Position numbers and translations under genes: made by a program. Source: Octopus vulgaris (Eukaryota). From it: 64,000 nucleotides of DNA. This document shows, piece after piece, positions 41,963 to 55,988 of this stretch. A model generated the notes under the pieces. The model worked only from the letters and a program-made list of their open reading frames with translations, was not told where the DNA came from and did not search any database. The stretch covers positions 38,936,001 to 39,000,000 of the forward strand of contig OX597823.1 of the NCBI GenBank assembly GCA_951406725.2. The letters run 5' to 3'. Each line of letters begins with the position of its first letter. Positions within the stretch are counted from its first letter, which is position 1.

Positions 41963-42351
41963 GTATGTATATATATATATGTATGTGCTTGTATGTGTGT
42001 GTGTGTGTATATGTGTATATGTGTTTGTATGTATATGTGTATATATGTATATGCATATGTATGTGTAAATGTATGTGCTTATGTATGTGTATGTATGTAT
42101 AAAATATTATATAATTAGGGCTTAGGAAAATAAAATAAATTACTTTGCCACATACTAAACTTTCTAGAAATAGCAGCCAATAAAGTTTTTTAGCCTCTCC
42201 CACTACTTAGAGAATTTTTTTCCCTCTAACATTGTTTACTCAAAATAATAATGGTCCCTTTACATACTGAACACTTGATGAAATTGATTAATAACTAATT
42301 AACTTTACCCTCCCTTGTTGATATATATATACATATGTATATGTGTACATG

Positions 42352-42404
<53 letters not shown>

Positions 42405-43039
42405 ATGTGTGTATGTATGTATTTGTATATGTGTGTGTGTATATGTATGTGTGCGCGTGTGTGTGTATGTTTGTGTATGTATACTTGTATATGTATATGC
42501 ATGAATGTATATATATGTGTGTGTATATGTGTATTATGTATGTATTTATATAGATATGTAGTTTATATATATATATGTATGTATATGCATCTGTCTGTGT
42601 GTGTGTATGTGTATATATGCGTATCATTTTTGCGTATGTATACATGTATATGTGTATATGTATGTGTGTGTGTGTGTGTATGTATATATATATATATATA
42701 TATGTGTATATATGTGTATGTATATATATATATATGCATACATATGGGTATGTACAGGTATATATGTATGTGTGTATATGTATATATGTTTATATATGTG
42801 AGTATGTAGTAATATAAGTATATGCATGTGTATGTATGGGTATGTGTATCAGTGTATATGTATATATGTATGTGTGTGTGTATGTATATGTATGTATATG
42901 TGTATATATGTATGTGTATATGTGTATATATATATATGTATATATATATATGTGTGTATATGTGTGTACGTATGTGTATGTGTATGTATGTGTATGTATG
43001 TCTATATATGTATATATATATGTATGTGTATATATATAT

Positions 43040-43098
<59 letters not shown>

Positions 43099-43598
43099 TG
43101 CGTGTGTGTATGTATGCATATATGTATGTATGCATGTATATGTGTATGTATATATATGTGTGTAAGTGTGTGCATATATGTATTTGTAAGTATGTGTGCG
43201 CGTATGAGTATGTATGTATGCTTGCACACGTGTATATATATATATGTGTGTGTGTGTATATATACGGATGCGCGTGCGTGTGTGCACGTGTATGGGTACG
43301 CATGTATATGCGTATGTGCGTGTATGCGTATACGTGTATGTATGTATGTGTGTGCGTAGATTTGTATATGTATGTGCGAGTGTGTATATATATATATATA
43401 TATATATATGCATATATATAGATGGGTGTGTGTATGCGTATAAATGCATGTAAGTATGGATGTATGTATGTATGTATGTATGTATACGTATGTATGTGTG
43501 TATGTGTGTATGTATATATATGTGTGTGTGTATATATGTTTGTGTATGTATATATATGTGTATGTATGTGTGTGTATATGTATGTGTGTATGTGTATG

Positions 43599-43647
<49 letters not shown>

Positions 43648-44100
43648 GGTATGTATCTGTATGTAGGAGTATATATGTGTGTGTGTGTATGTATGTGCGG
43701 GTATATATATATATATGTATATTTATTGGTGTATATGTATAGACTAGCCTCCTAAAGTGTAGACACGAATCTGTAGGTACGAGTACGTATGTGTATATAC
43801 GTGAACGTATGTAGATGTTTGTATGTATGAATATAACGCGTGCGTACGTGTATGTGTATGAGTGTACGAATGGGTGAATGTACGTGCTAATGAGTGTGCG
43901 TGCGGGAATGAGTACTTGCCTTCTAGTAGACAGACAAATGGACAGGCAGCCACTGCCAGGATTCTTAGCCCTAGCGATCAAAGATAACAAAAGTAATAAA
44001 TGAAGATAATAAAATTAAAATTAGGGATTGGGCCTGTATTGGATTGTATATATATATATGTATATGTAAATTTGTATGTATGTATGTGTGTATGTGTAGG

Positions 44101-44157
<57 letters not shown>

Positions 44158-44220
44158 ATATATATGTGTATGTGTGTATGTGTGTGTAGATACGTATACA
44201 TGTGTGTATAGGTATAAGTG
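41770..44220. repeat. Compound (TA)n/(TG)n/(TATG)n microsatellite tract inside the PLE
   Basis: Directly visible, with two unique islands at ~42100-42320 and ~43740-44045. Confidence 0.95.
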
Positions 44221-44601
44221 AGAATCTCCTTATTTACCTATAACTCTATCCCCCTTTTTTTATATATATATTTTTTTATATATATATTTTATATATATAT
44301 TTTTTTTTTTTTTTTATATATATATTTTTTATATATATTTTTTATATATTTTTTATATTTTTTATTTTTTTATTTTATTTTATTTTATCTTTTTATTTTT
44401 ATTTTTTTATTTTTTTATTTTTTATTTTTTTATTTATCTTTTTTTTTTTATTTATCTATTCTTTCATCTAACTTACCACTGACTCCTTGACCACTCCCCC
44501 AAGTATGATATTTTGCGCTATGCCTACCCCCAAAAAGTCCCCCACCACCACTCCCTTAAACCTGCCTAAATGTATAAATGCTAATACAATTCTTGTTAAA
44601 T

Positions 44602-44652
44602 AGCTTCCTGAAGATTTCTCTTGAATGAAACAGTACTAGTCCTGTAGAAGCT
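44602..44652 (+). ncRNA. Type I hammerhead ribozyme in 3' pseudo-LTR
   Basis: Identical to 39342-39392 (offset 5260 bp). Confidence 0.88.
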
Positions 44653-45574
44653 CCTTCTATATAATAAATTAATTTTACTCTGCTATGTATTGAGTACCTT
44701 ACTTACTGTGGTTAACCCCGAATCAACCCGGGACCTACATATATATATATATATATATATCATATATTAATTTTCAGACTGCTCACTCCTACCCCATATA
44801 TTTAAGTATAATTCTTTTTAAAAAAAAGTACATAAAAATATGAAAGAAAACAGAATTGGTAGTAAAAAGCATAACACTGTTTAAATATGTAGGGGTAATA
44901 TCTAGAGGCTAGAAAAAATGCTTATATATATATATATATATATACACACACATATATATATATCACTAGGTTATATTTACAGATATAAAACAATATATTT
45001 TCAATTTGAAATGCTGCAATGAAAAAGACAGGAGATAAATAAATGTAAGAGAAAAAAGAGACAAAAACCAGAAACTGAAGAAAATTGCAATACAGACCTA
45101 TAGAGTGAGTCATCAATTTCTGTATCCATTGACATGGTTAATTTATATCGGGAGGGACTTTATTTGTAGCTGCAGACAATTAGAAATAAATACAGGAAAC
45201 CTGTTTGGAGAAACAAAATACAGAAATCCATCATCATCATCATCATTATTATTATTATTATTATTACTATTATTATTATCATTAAGGTGACAAGCTGGCA
45301 GAATCGTTAGCACACCAGGCAAAATGCTTAGTGACATTTCGTCCATCTCCGTGTTTTGAGTTCAAATTCCGCTGAGGTCTTTCACAGATAAACACTGAGA
45401 TCGATGTAATCAACTAGTACCCTCCCACAAATTTTCAGGCTTTGTGCCTTTAGTAGAACAGATTATTATTACTTAGTAGTCATATTTTTATTGTCTGCTT
45501 TCACTGTACTACCAAGCACAGCTCTGTGTGTCTTGAGTATATGCTGCAGTTAGTCATGGTGTTGTTATTTTTAT

Positions 45575-45985
45575 TGTATTGGAACTGTTCTACATAAGAT
45601 GTGTGCAGAGCCTATCAGTGTTATTTCATGTTATAGATATATATATACGTATGTATGTATATATGGTTGTATTTGTAAGTCTTGGAGTTTCAATTATGTA
45701 TACTGTTTTTTCACCATACCTAAAAAACCTATTATCATGGTGGTTGTTTCTGTCTTCATGGTCCCCATACAGGTTTTCTCTATTTCCAGATCTTTGTATT
45801 TCAATAATGCTTTCCATCTCCTTTAGAGATACATTGTCATCTATTAAGACTAATATGTCAATTAGGAAACTTTTCTTTCCTTGTCCTCCTTGACTACAAT
45901 ATCTGGTCAATTAACCTTCATATTTTAGATTATAGTTGCTTTGTCATTTTCAGAACTTCTCTAAGGTATTTCTACACCATGTCTT
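45575..45985 (-). mobile_element. R4/Dong-like LINE 3' fragment (restriction-like endonuclease domain)
   Basis: PDIVV, FLID....DDNVSLKEME and decayed IEI..W..K pattern, typical of RLE LINEs. A smaller + strand relic is at ~19030-19190. Confidence 0.7.
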
Positions 45986-46009
45986 TGCTGCTGCTGCTGC
46001 TGTTATTAT

Positions 46010-46222
46010 TAAGGCAGCGAGCTGACAGAATCATTAGCACACCAACCAAATTGCTTAGTGGCATTTTGTCTGTCGTTATATTTTGAGTTCAAATTCCCAG
46101 GTCAACATTGCCTTTCATCTTTTCATGGTTGATAAAATAAGTACCAGTTGAACAGTGGGATCAATGTAATCAACTATACCCTTCCTCTGAAAATTGTTGG
46201 CCTTGTGCTTCCAGTAGAAAGG

Positions 46223-46265
<43 letters not shown>
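46010..46265 (+). mobile_element. tRNA-derived SINE family B with (ATT)n tail (representative copy)
   Basis: aaggcagcgagctg..gagttcaaattcc..gcctttcatc..aataagtaccagttga. Copies at ~1440-1655, 9730-9940, 20700-20890, 33550-34170 (cluster), 45283-45470, 47420-47630 and 52920-53290. Confidence 0.8.
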
Positions 46266-46267
<2 letters not shown>

Positions 46268-49200
46268 TCAAGAGTGTTACATTCAAAACTTATTAGTCAG
46301 AAACTTACAAAAGTGTTAAGTTAAATTATAAGACAGCTGCTGGCTCATGTAGCCAGCTATAATTTAGAGGATCCACTGCCATCTTTACCCCTGATTCCTG
46401 TGGTGTTTAATAAAAACATTAATAAACAAATATGTTCAGAGGCCACAAGGGTATTGTCATTATTGTGCCATCTCTGCTAAACACATTTTAAGCTGTTTAT
46501 TTATCAGCTAACAACTAAGAGTTATATAGGCAGTCTTCCAGTTATTAAGTGCATGCATAAATCATGAGGCCTTACATATGCACAATGGTATACATGCAGT
46601 AACTATGTTCATACATTAGCAGGAGAATATATTTACCAAACTTTACCAATTTATTCATATTTTTCATTCCCTCAACACACACACAATTTGTAATAGAGAA
46701 ATGTATTTAAAATCTTCAGGGTTTACTTACAAATGCTGCAAACACATAGCAGCATATATTTATATATGCACAGAAAACATCTCTATGTGTTATATACACA
46801 AGAAGCTATTCTCTTGGTGATTATACATGTATGTATGCTTACATACATGCATATACATAAACTAATAAGAGCTTGTTTTCACAAAAGAGGGAGTAATTAT
46901 TTCATAAAGCAAAACTATAATTTTCCATAAACCCTTGCTATCACTTGTTACTAAAATAGATAAAACACAAGATATTGACAAAGAGCCACAGAGATCATCA
47001 CCATTTAACATCCACTTTTGGTCCAATGGAATTTGTTGAGGTAAATTTTCTATGCCATGATGCCTTTCCAGTTGCCAACCTTCACTTGTTTCCACCAAGT
47101 TAATATTTCCCCATGGAAGACATGATTTTCATAGAAGAATGGAAACAAAAAGCATCACTTGTATGATGGTGATGCTAATTTAACAACCAATATATGATGC
47201 TAAGACAAGGGCACGCACACACACACCACATATATATTATGGGCTTCTTTCAGTTTCTGTCTAACAAATCCACTCAAGGCTTTAGTTGGTTTGGATGACA
47301 CTTATCCAAAGTGCCATGCAGTGTGACTAAACTTAAGATCATATGGTTGGGAAGGAAGATTCTTAGCCACAATCAAATGGATGTGAAACCTGAACTCCTA
47401 CAGGACTATTATGACATGTTAAGATGGCAGAACTGTGAGAAAGCCAAGCACAATGATTAGCAACATTACTTCCTTCTTTACATTCTGAATTCAAATCTCG
47501 CTGGGGTCAATTTTGCCTTTTATCCTTTCAGGGTCAATAAAATAAGTACTAGTTGAACACTGGGGCTAATTTAATTGACTTAGTCCCTCTCCCCAAACCT
47601 GCTGGTCTTGTGCCAAGATTTGAAACCATTATGATATGTTAACATCAAAATATGAAGACATTAACTACTTAGACCATTTGAAATTCAACCAGACAACTAT
47701 TAAGAGTAGTTAGGAATATGGTGGTAAATAAAAGCCAGCCAATTAAATTCATACGCAGCACTAATAAAATAGGCAACTGCCTGACCATTCAGGAATTCAT
47801 GCTCATTTGGGAAGTGAATATTGAAGTATAAAATGAAAAAAAAAGAGAAAAGACGAGGTGCAACTGTTGCCAGGAAATATGTTAAACAAAAGTCAGTGTT
47901 TTAAATGAGTTTTTGAAGGACCAGCAGTTAAATAATGAGTAGATATAGGAATAAACTGAATGGTTCAATGCCAGACATGCAAAAACATGTGGCATTCGGT
48001 GATTAATGACTTATTCATTCTTACTGTTATATGTTTAAATATGGGACACTATCTTGATTATATCTGGCTGCTCTTATGAAGTAAAGTGTTAATGAAAACA
48101 CTGAAATAACAAGCCCTGCTTGATGGTCACTCGCTGAAATCTTAAGGGCAGTCCATAGACCCACAATATATGGTATGTTTTATAAATGGTGAAGGCAAGA
48201 ATTATGGCAGTATTACCAACTTAAATAAGAAGACTGTCGTGTTGTGTGTGTGTGTGTGAGAAAGAGAGAGAGAGATCGAAGTAGAGAGAATTGGTTCTAA
48301 AGAGGTATATTAGGAATAAAATAACAGATGAAATAGTGAATGACGACTGGAAAGAGTGGAGTAGAAATGGTTTTGGAATTGCAAGATGTTGGAGTTTTAT
48401 ATGAAATGGAAAGTAGTGAAATATCCAGATTCATTTTACATTTAAAAAAAATAAGACAAAAAGAAAAGAGAGCAACAATAGAAATGAAGAATAGAATGAT
48501 GATTGAGAGAACTGAAGCGAACCCTTAAAAACCAAATATAATGCTTCAGCATTTATAACCTTTAAAACTATCCTCAAATAAAAGGACTCCAAATAATAGC
48601 TGGATATGTTCTGGATTAGAATTTGTTAACATCTAATACAGCTTCTGACCTTTTCAACAATACAAATCCCTCATAAATTTTTCTATCTATCTTTATTTTC
48701 TGGTTTACATTTGACATATTCATAGCAATATTGTCCCTACAGACATTCCTTTCACAGTAGCATAGCAGTTGAAAACGAAAAAAAAAGAAAAATTTTTAGG
48801 GGTCTTATTTTTCTGCTGCATTATAAAACAGGAATCTAGGCACAGGCATAGCTGTGTGGTTAAGAAGTTTGTTTCCCAACCACAGGGTTTCAAGTTCAGT
48901 CTCACTGTTTGGCATATTGGACAAGTATCTTCTGCAACAGCCTCAGGCCAATCAAAGCCGTCTACGTGAATCTAGTAGACTGAAACTGAAAGAAGCCTGT
49001 TGTGTGTGTGTATTTATATATATATATATACACACACACACATATGCATATGTATGCATGTGCATACACATATTCATGTGCTTGTTTGCATGTGTGAGTG
49101 TATATTTGTGTCACCTCTTCCCCATCTCTAAACATTCCTCACATCCTTATGGAACATGCCTCTCTTTACCACTTATGCTCTTCACCCCTCACTATTCCCT

Positions 49201-49869
49201 GTGGGTAGGTCCCAATATGTCTCCAACACCTATTTCTCTTTCTCTCTCTCTCTCTCTCACATACACAGACACACTCTATCTTTCTAACTCAATCTCACCT
49301 TCCTCTCCTTCCTTTCCTACTGGGGTAGTCAAGTATCTCCTCAATAGTTAGACACCTATCTCTATCCCTCTATTATACTCAAACCTCTTACTTGGCATTC
49401 TGCCACTTCCCCTAATTCCACTCTCCCAGCTGGGAGGTCATCATTTCGCAAGTTACTTGGCAACCCTAATGGTGTTTGCATCACATAAAAGCACTAGTTC
49501 TGGTGCCATACTAAATGCACCCAGTACACTCTATAAAGTGGTTCGCATTAAGACAGGCATCCAGCCATAGAAACAATGCTAAAGTAGACAATGGATCTTG
49601 GTGCAACTCTCTAGCTTGTCGGCTCTGATAAAACCATCCAGCACATGCCAGCATGGAAGACAGATATTAAATGATGATGATGATGATGATGATATGTAAA
49701 GGACTTTTTTCAGTTTTTTTCTCCCAAATCCATTCACAAGGTTTTGGTCACCCATGGTTATTGTAGAAAACACTTGCCCAAGGTGCCATAGCATGAGACT
49801 GAACCCAGAGCCATGTGGTTGGAAAGCAAACTTCTTAACCACACACCCATGCCAGTTCACACACACACA

Positions 49870-50472
49870 TGATGGTCTCCTTGTTTAAGTTGGTGAATGC
49901 AGCCTTAATCCTTGCCTGCAGTTCATCATTGGGGATTGCAGTCTGGGGAATTAGGTGGCCAGATGTTAGGGGTGATGTGGTCACAGAAATTGTCTGACAG
50001 CTATGACTGGGTTCTCCTGCTTGTGTGGCATGGTCCAAAGTTCTGTTGCCAGACATAGGGTCTTCCAGTAGCCATCCTGTTGACCCAGAGAAGCACTACC
50101 TCCTCCAGGCACTTGATGTAGGCCTCTGTATTGAGTCCAAGGCCATGTGGGAAGATGACTGGAGGCATAACATCACCATTACTAGTTATCACTTCAAATA
50201 CCATGATGTTGACTGGATGTTTGACTTTTATGCACTGTCCTCAGGTTGACATCCAAACACTCTGAAATGTTCATATTGGAGATTCTGGCATGAATGCCAA
50301 GCAGTACAGTATATTGTTTCCAAATTTCTAGTAGAGTGAATTGCATCATGATGCTGTTTTTCTCACAGATAGTGCCCATCTGACCCTACTATACTGTGTA
50401 GTTGACAAAATCAAAAACAATGTGCATGCACGAAATAAAAATATAAAATGGTGACAATTTACCCATCACACC

Positions 50473-50475
<3 letters not shown>
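49870..50475 (-). mobile_element. Tc1/mariner (maT/DD37D-like) transposase relic
   Basis: MVFEVITSNGDVMPP..F..GL.LNTEAYIKCLEEVV..W...RPYVWQQ..PCHTSRRTQS and ELQARIKAAF resemble a maT-type catalytic domain. The family call is an inference. Confidence 0.7.
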
Positions 50476-50510
<35 letters not shown>

Positions 50511-51393
50511 ATAAAATTTCTCTAAGATAAGTATATATTCATATTTAAGATCTTTAAATTTTACTATTTATAAGTCTTATGGTATAATATTATTGTTTTT
50601 TTATGTATATATCGTTGTTTATCCAATTATTGTAATTTTCTATATAATTATTAGATATTAACTTTAAGTTTATTCGTAAGAATTTACTTAGCGATAGATA
50701 TGTTGTTTGATAGCAAGTATATGAGTTTGTATAAGTTAGATTCATGTATATACATGTATTAATAGCATTAATTGTATTTTTAAATTTCTTATAATTATTA
50801 TTTTAACTTATATATTGTCTTTTTAAATTATTTGCTAGTTACATTATTCCCATTGATAAATATATTTATGGTATTTATTTGTTACTATATAACTACGAAT
50901 TGATTATTTCTTCAAGTACTTTAAAGATAAGATTTTTGAAATTTATTATTTAGCCAAAGAGATAAAGATAGTTAATTTACTATAGCGTTCGTTTAAGATG
51001 GTTTGTTTGTATTTTTGAAATTAGCTATTTCATCTTTAAATATGAAAAATTAATTTATTAGGTCTTTATTATATGTGCATATATATTTATTTATAGAGAT
51101 TATTTCGATCTTAATTATATATTTATATACATTTATATATTTTCATTGATAATTTATATATTATTTAAATTTTATATTTTAATAATATGAATAATCATTT
51201 TTTTTGTAAAATATTTATGTAATTAGATATTGACTATTACTGATATTAGATTATTGGTGGGTTTCTTACCTTAAAAATTAAAATTAATATTTAACATTAT
51301 AATCGTTGTTTTGACATAATCATAATCGTTAAGTTTCTAGAGTTTTTTATGAGAAAATTTATTATATTATTTATTTCTTAAAAAATATTTATT

Positions 51394-51489
51394 AACCTGA
51401 AGATTGACTGTAACCATAACTCGAATTATTAATTGAATTTAAATTATTGTTATTCGAATTGGTTACGGGCATGAAATGATCGTAGTGTT
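51394..51489 (+). ncRNA. Degenerate hammerhead-like motif with long stem II
   Basis: CTGAAGA (51397) - tgactgtaacca...tggttacgggca stem - GAAA (51473) - tgatcGTA. Confidence 0.5.
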
Positions 51490-54354
51490 TTTACTCTTTA
51501 TCTTATTAAACTTTTAATACTTTTTGATAGTTTATAAAAAAAAAAAAAATAAATAAATAAATAAATATAAAAATATAAAAAAATAAAATAAAAAATATAA
51601 ATAAAAATAAGAAAAATAAATAATTAAATAAAATAATAATAAAAATATATATATATTTATAATTCATAAGTTTAAATTATTAATTTAAATAATTTTTTAA
51701 AATTTTAACTTTAATTTAAATATTTTAATTGGATTTCTATATATTATATTTTATATTTTTTATATATTTTTTAATTAATTTTATTTCTATGTATTGGCTT
51801 ATGATTTTCACTGTTTGATTTGCCTAGTAGTGGTTTTATCTCTAATTTAATATAATATATATATATATATATATATAAAAAATATCAGTCATTGTTCTTA
51901 GAGAGAAAAACAAAACACTCAACAATATGATAAATGTGAGGATGTATAATATATTTTTACTCAGGCTAGGGACATTAAGTATACACACACGCACACACAC
52001 AAAAGAAAATAGAGTAGTATCTCCAGAGGCATTTTATGGCTACTGTAATAATGTCAACTTGGACATTGTTTCATAAAGTCCCATATGTTTATACTGTGTT
52101 TATAAATAGGGCAGAAACTTCAACCTAAATAGGAATGCTATGCAAGTATATCAATAACACACCATAAATCTGAGTTTTTTTTTCTTTATATATGTCCTCC
52201 ACCACTGAGGAAACAGAAAAATAAAACCAAAATGTCTCTTGAATAACAGTATATTCTTAGTCAAGAAACACTTCTCCAAACTTAACAGCTTAACAAAAGA
52301 ATAAGTAAAATAAAAAGCAATACATAATCTATAAGTTCTTAGATTTCTTTCAAAATTCAGTCTGTTTTAAGTTTGACAAACACATCCAGAAGAACAACTA
52401 TTTATTCTAAAGACAGAAACAGTTTTAAAGTGAACAAAAAGAAAACAATAACTGTTTGGCATAGTTTCTACACATTGATGCCCTTCCAAATATATACTGA
52501 GTACTTTTTCACAGCACCGGCACAAGTGAGGCCACAAGACCCTTCAGCTGAGTACAGTATTGAAGGATGTATGTATATATATATATATATATATATATGG
52601 AGAGAGAGACATTCAGGTACACATGTACACACATATATTAAGGTTATTACTTTTAAATGAATAACAACAGAACAATTATTAAGGTAGGGGTAATAGATTC
52701 AATACTGAAAGTAAAATCAAATTTACTACAAAATCTGTTTTGACTGGGACTTTTAAGTTTCAACTCTGATTGATAAGCCATCAGGCAAAACTGAAGTCCC
52801 AATCAGACTGAATTTTATAATATATATTTAACATATAACTTTCCAAGTTAGCACTGGTTGGACAGCTCCACAAAATTTGATATCTACTTTTTTTTTTTTT
52901 CTAAAGTTGGTTGCCTTTCTATAACTGTTCCTAGCATAGGCACAAGGCCAGAAATTTATGGGAGTGAGAATAATCAACCAAAGTACTTCACTAGTACTAT
53001 ATTCTAAAGGATGAAAGGCAAAGTTGACCTCAGCAAGATAAAAAACCAGATCAAATACCACAATGCTCTAATGATTCTGTCAACCATTCTATAATTTTTC
53101 TAATGTAAGCACAAGGCTTGAAATTTGGAGGGAAGGATCAATTACATCAACTCCAGTACACAATTGGTAATTATTGACTCTGAAGGGATGAAGAGCAAAG
53201 TTGTTCCAGAGGAATTTGAACTCCAAATGTAAAGCAAGAAGAAATGCCACAAAGTATTTTGTCCAGAATGCTAACAAGTCTACAAGCTCACCTTTCTATA
53301 ATGCTAACTATTTACTGCAGTGCAAGGTTAGTATTTATATTCCCATCTATGTTGAGAAGTTAAATAGAAGAATTATGAAGAATATAGATACCAGTTCTTC
53401 AAGTGTATCAGTTCTTCTTGATAATTTAATCCCCTCAGCCATAATATCTACAATAGAAATGATCAAGCAATGAGGAGCTCACTACATGGTCTCTGCATGA
53501 CCTGTTAGATATAGCAGTCAAATTGAGCTCAAATAACATCTTAAGTTCTTTAAGAAAGAAAGATATATATGATACTTAAACATTTTGATTTATAACATGT
53601 GAGTTAACAGCAAAACCACTTTATCCTTTCAGTCAACATACTTCTATTCATAGAGAATTGCTATAAAGAAGTAGCCTGAATTATTGATGGCAGCATTGAA
53701 GCATATACAGTACGTACATAAACAGAGTTATTGAAAATATGTTGTTGAGAAAGGAAACAGAGAATTTAAAAAAAAACAAAAAAACTAGGTAGGTTGTTAT
53801 AGTCTGGGAATGAGAACTCATTAGTGCTTACCTAATAACAGGATAATGTTTCTGCTACTAATAATAACAACAACAATATCTAGCACTATTCCTACTAGCC
53901 CTATCACCATCTCCACCACTACAGCTATTACTAACAATACCATAAGTGCTGGTAGCCCTTCCTACATCAATATTATCAATACACCTACATTATCATTATA
54001 CATGAGTTGATAAGTTAATGAGGGAGCCTCTATGTGCTCACTCAATCAGTTAGAAATAACTGCCAAATCTCTCTCAAATTACAATCTACTGTCTTATTGA
54101 AGAATATTTTGAACAATGTAATCCTTGATATTTAAACAAAAAGATTGGCTAGTCCTGCTGCTCTTACAATGGTATAGGATATACAATGGTATAGGAGTTG
54201 TTAAAGGTGATGTATCCATATTACCAACAGTCTGACACATATTGAAGGCAATCCTCCAATATGGCCCTCATTGTAATGGTAAAACAAATAAGCATATACA
54301 CACACACACACATTCTCTTCTCAGACGAGCAAAATAGTTAGAAAAAATTTTGTG

Positions 54355-54553
54355 GCTGTGTGGTAAGAATCTTGCTTCCCAACCACATGGTTCCAGGTTC
54401 AGTCCCACTGTGTGACACCTTGGGCAAATGTCTTCTACTATAGCCTTGGGTTGACCAAATCCTCGTGAGTGGATTTGGTAGACAGAAACTGAAAGAAGCC
54501 CATCATGTATAAATATGTGTGTATAAATATGTGTATATATATATATGTATGTA

Positions 54554-54615
<62 letters not shown>

Positions 54616-54870
54616 TTCATATATATATCTATGTGTGTTTGTCTTTGTGTCTGTGTTTATTCCCCCATCCCCATCCAATCACTGCTTAACAGCTAGTGTT
54701 GGTGTGTTTACATCCCTGTAACTTAGCAGTTCAGCAAAAGAGGCTGATAGACAAAGTACTATGCTTAAGAAATAAGTCCTGGGGTCGAGTTGTTTGACTA
54801 AAAGCCTTCAAGGTGATGCTCCAGCACGGTCGCAGTTAAATGACTGAAACAAGCAAAAAAATAAAAGAAT
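54355..54870 (+). mobile_element. tRNA-derived SINE family A (representative copy)
   Basis: Has gtggtaagaa...ggttcagtccc (A/B-box-like) and ccttgggcaa core. Further copies at ~1-300, 10750-10850, 23390-23540, 25280-25680, 26800-27180, 47240-47370, 48850-49000, 49700-49850, 56760-56910 and 60730-60870. Confidence 0.8.
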
Positions 54871-55988
54871 ATGGATTTTAAAAATCTGAATGGATATCTA
54901 ACAAGTAGCTCAAACATCTTCCTTCTCAGCTTTAAGAATACAACATCAATGAAGAATATTCTCAATATTACATTCTTTTATCTTGTCTCTCTCATTCAGT
55001 TAAAATCTGCTTTACACTCACCACCACCATAAAGATATACATTAATACTATGAGCCAGCAAAGAAAATATCTACATAAATAGTGAGAGAGTTAAACTTTC
55101 TTTACTTAAATTATCTGAATAATGGTATATTTGGAATTTGACACGTTCTCTTTTTTCTATAAACAAAATTAATATCAAACAACATATAATAGTATACAGT
55201 TTTAATACACCATCAAAAGACAGCCAGCCAAGTACCAAAAATCAGTTCTTTAGTGAGTTAGTCACAAACTCATAAATTCCTTGGCAAATTTTCCTCCAGT
55301 GCAAAGACAACTACAGACATAGTGTATAGACTGATGTCAGTGACTGGGTTACATGGTGGATGGTAGCACAAGACAGTTTAAATCAGCAGTTATCAATCAT
55401 TTTTTGGCAATGGACCCCAGTGATTCCTATTTTACTCCAGAGCTATTTGATGTGTATAAAAAAAAACATCCAATTGTATTTTTAAAATTAAATATTATTA
55501 AGAATTGTACAAAAAAATTGTTGAAACATTTTATGTATTTTCTTTAAATCTTTTCTTGTTTCAGCCATTTGATTGCAGCCATGCTGGAGCACCACCTTAA
55601 AGGCTTTTTTAGTCGAAGAAACTGATCCCAGAACTTATTCTTTGTAAGCCTGGTAATTATTCTATTAGCCATTTTTGCCAAACCACTAAGTAATGGAGAT
55701 GTAAACATGCCTACATTGGTTGTCAAGCAATGGTGGCGGGGACAAACAAACACACACACACACACACACAAACATAAACATATATAAAAGATAATTTAAT
55801 AACTTTGTTAAGCCAAAAAGTAATTTCATTAAACCAAAGAATAAAAAAAATAGGACTGCAGCTGGAAGTGCTCGGGTGACACTTAGATGAAAGGAGAAAT
55901 ATATTGAAAGGTATAATGAATAAACGCTCCAATAGGTCAAAGCAAATTTATATCATTCCCAAATTATCACAAATCGAATATAAATATA

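Larger units (their letters stand above)
38752..44739 (+). mobile_element. Penelope-like retroelement (EN+, probably Hydra clade), near-intact, with pseudo-LTRs
   Basis: RT and GIY-YIG ORFs. Direct repeats ~39128-39479 and ~44390-44739 both end ...aatcaacccgggacctaca. An inverted copy lies at 38752-~39127. (TA)n is present on both flanks (38733-38751, 44740-44760). Confidence 0.95.

Noticed and set aside
41776-44221. Many overlapping ORFs rich in Y/I/C/V/M/H/T
   Set aside because: Translations of TA/TG microsatellite, not genes.
50510-51875. Mitochondrial insertion (NUMT) suggested by AT richness
   Set aside because: No recognisable mitochondrial gene, rRNA or tRNA by eye; BLAST is needed to exclude it fully.
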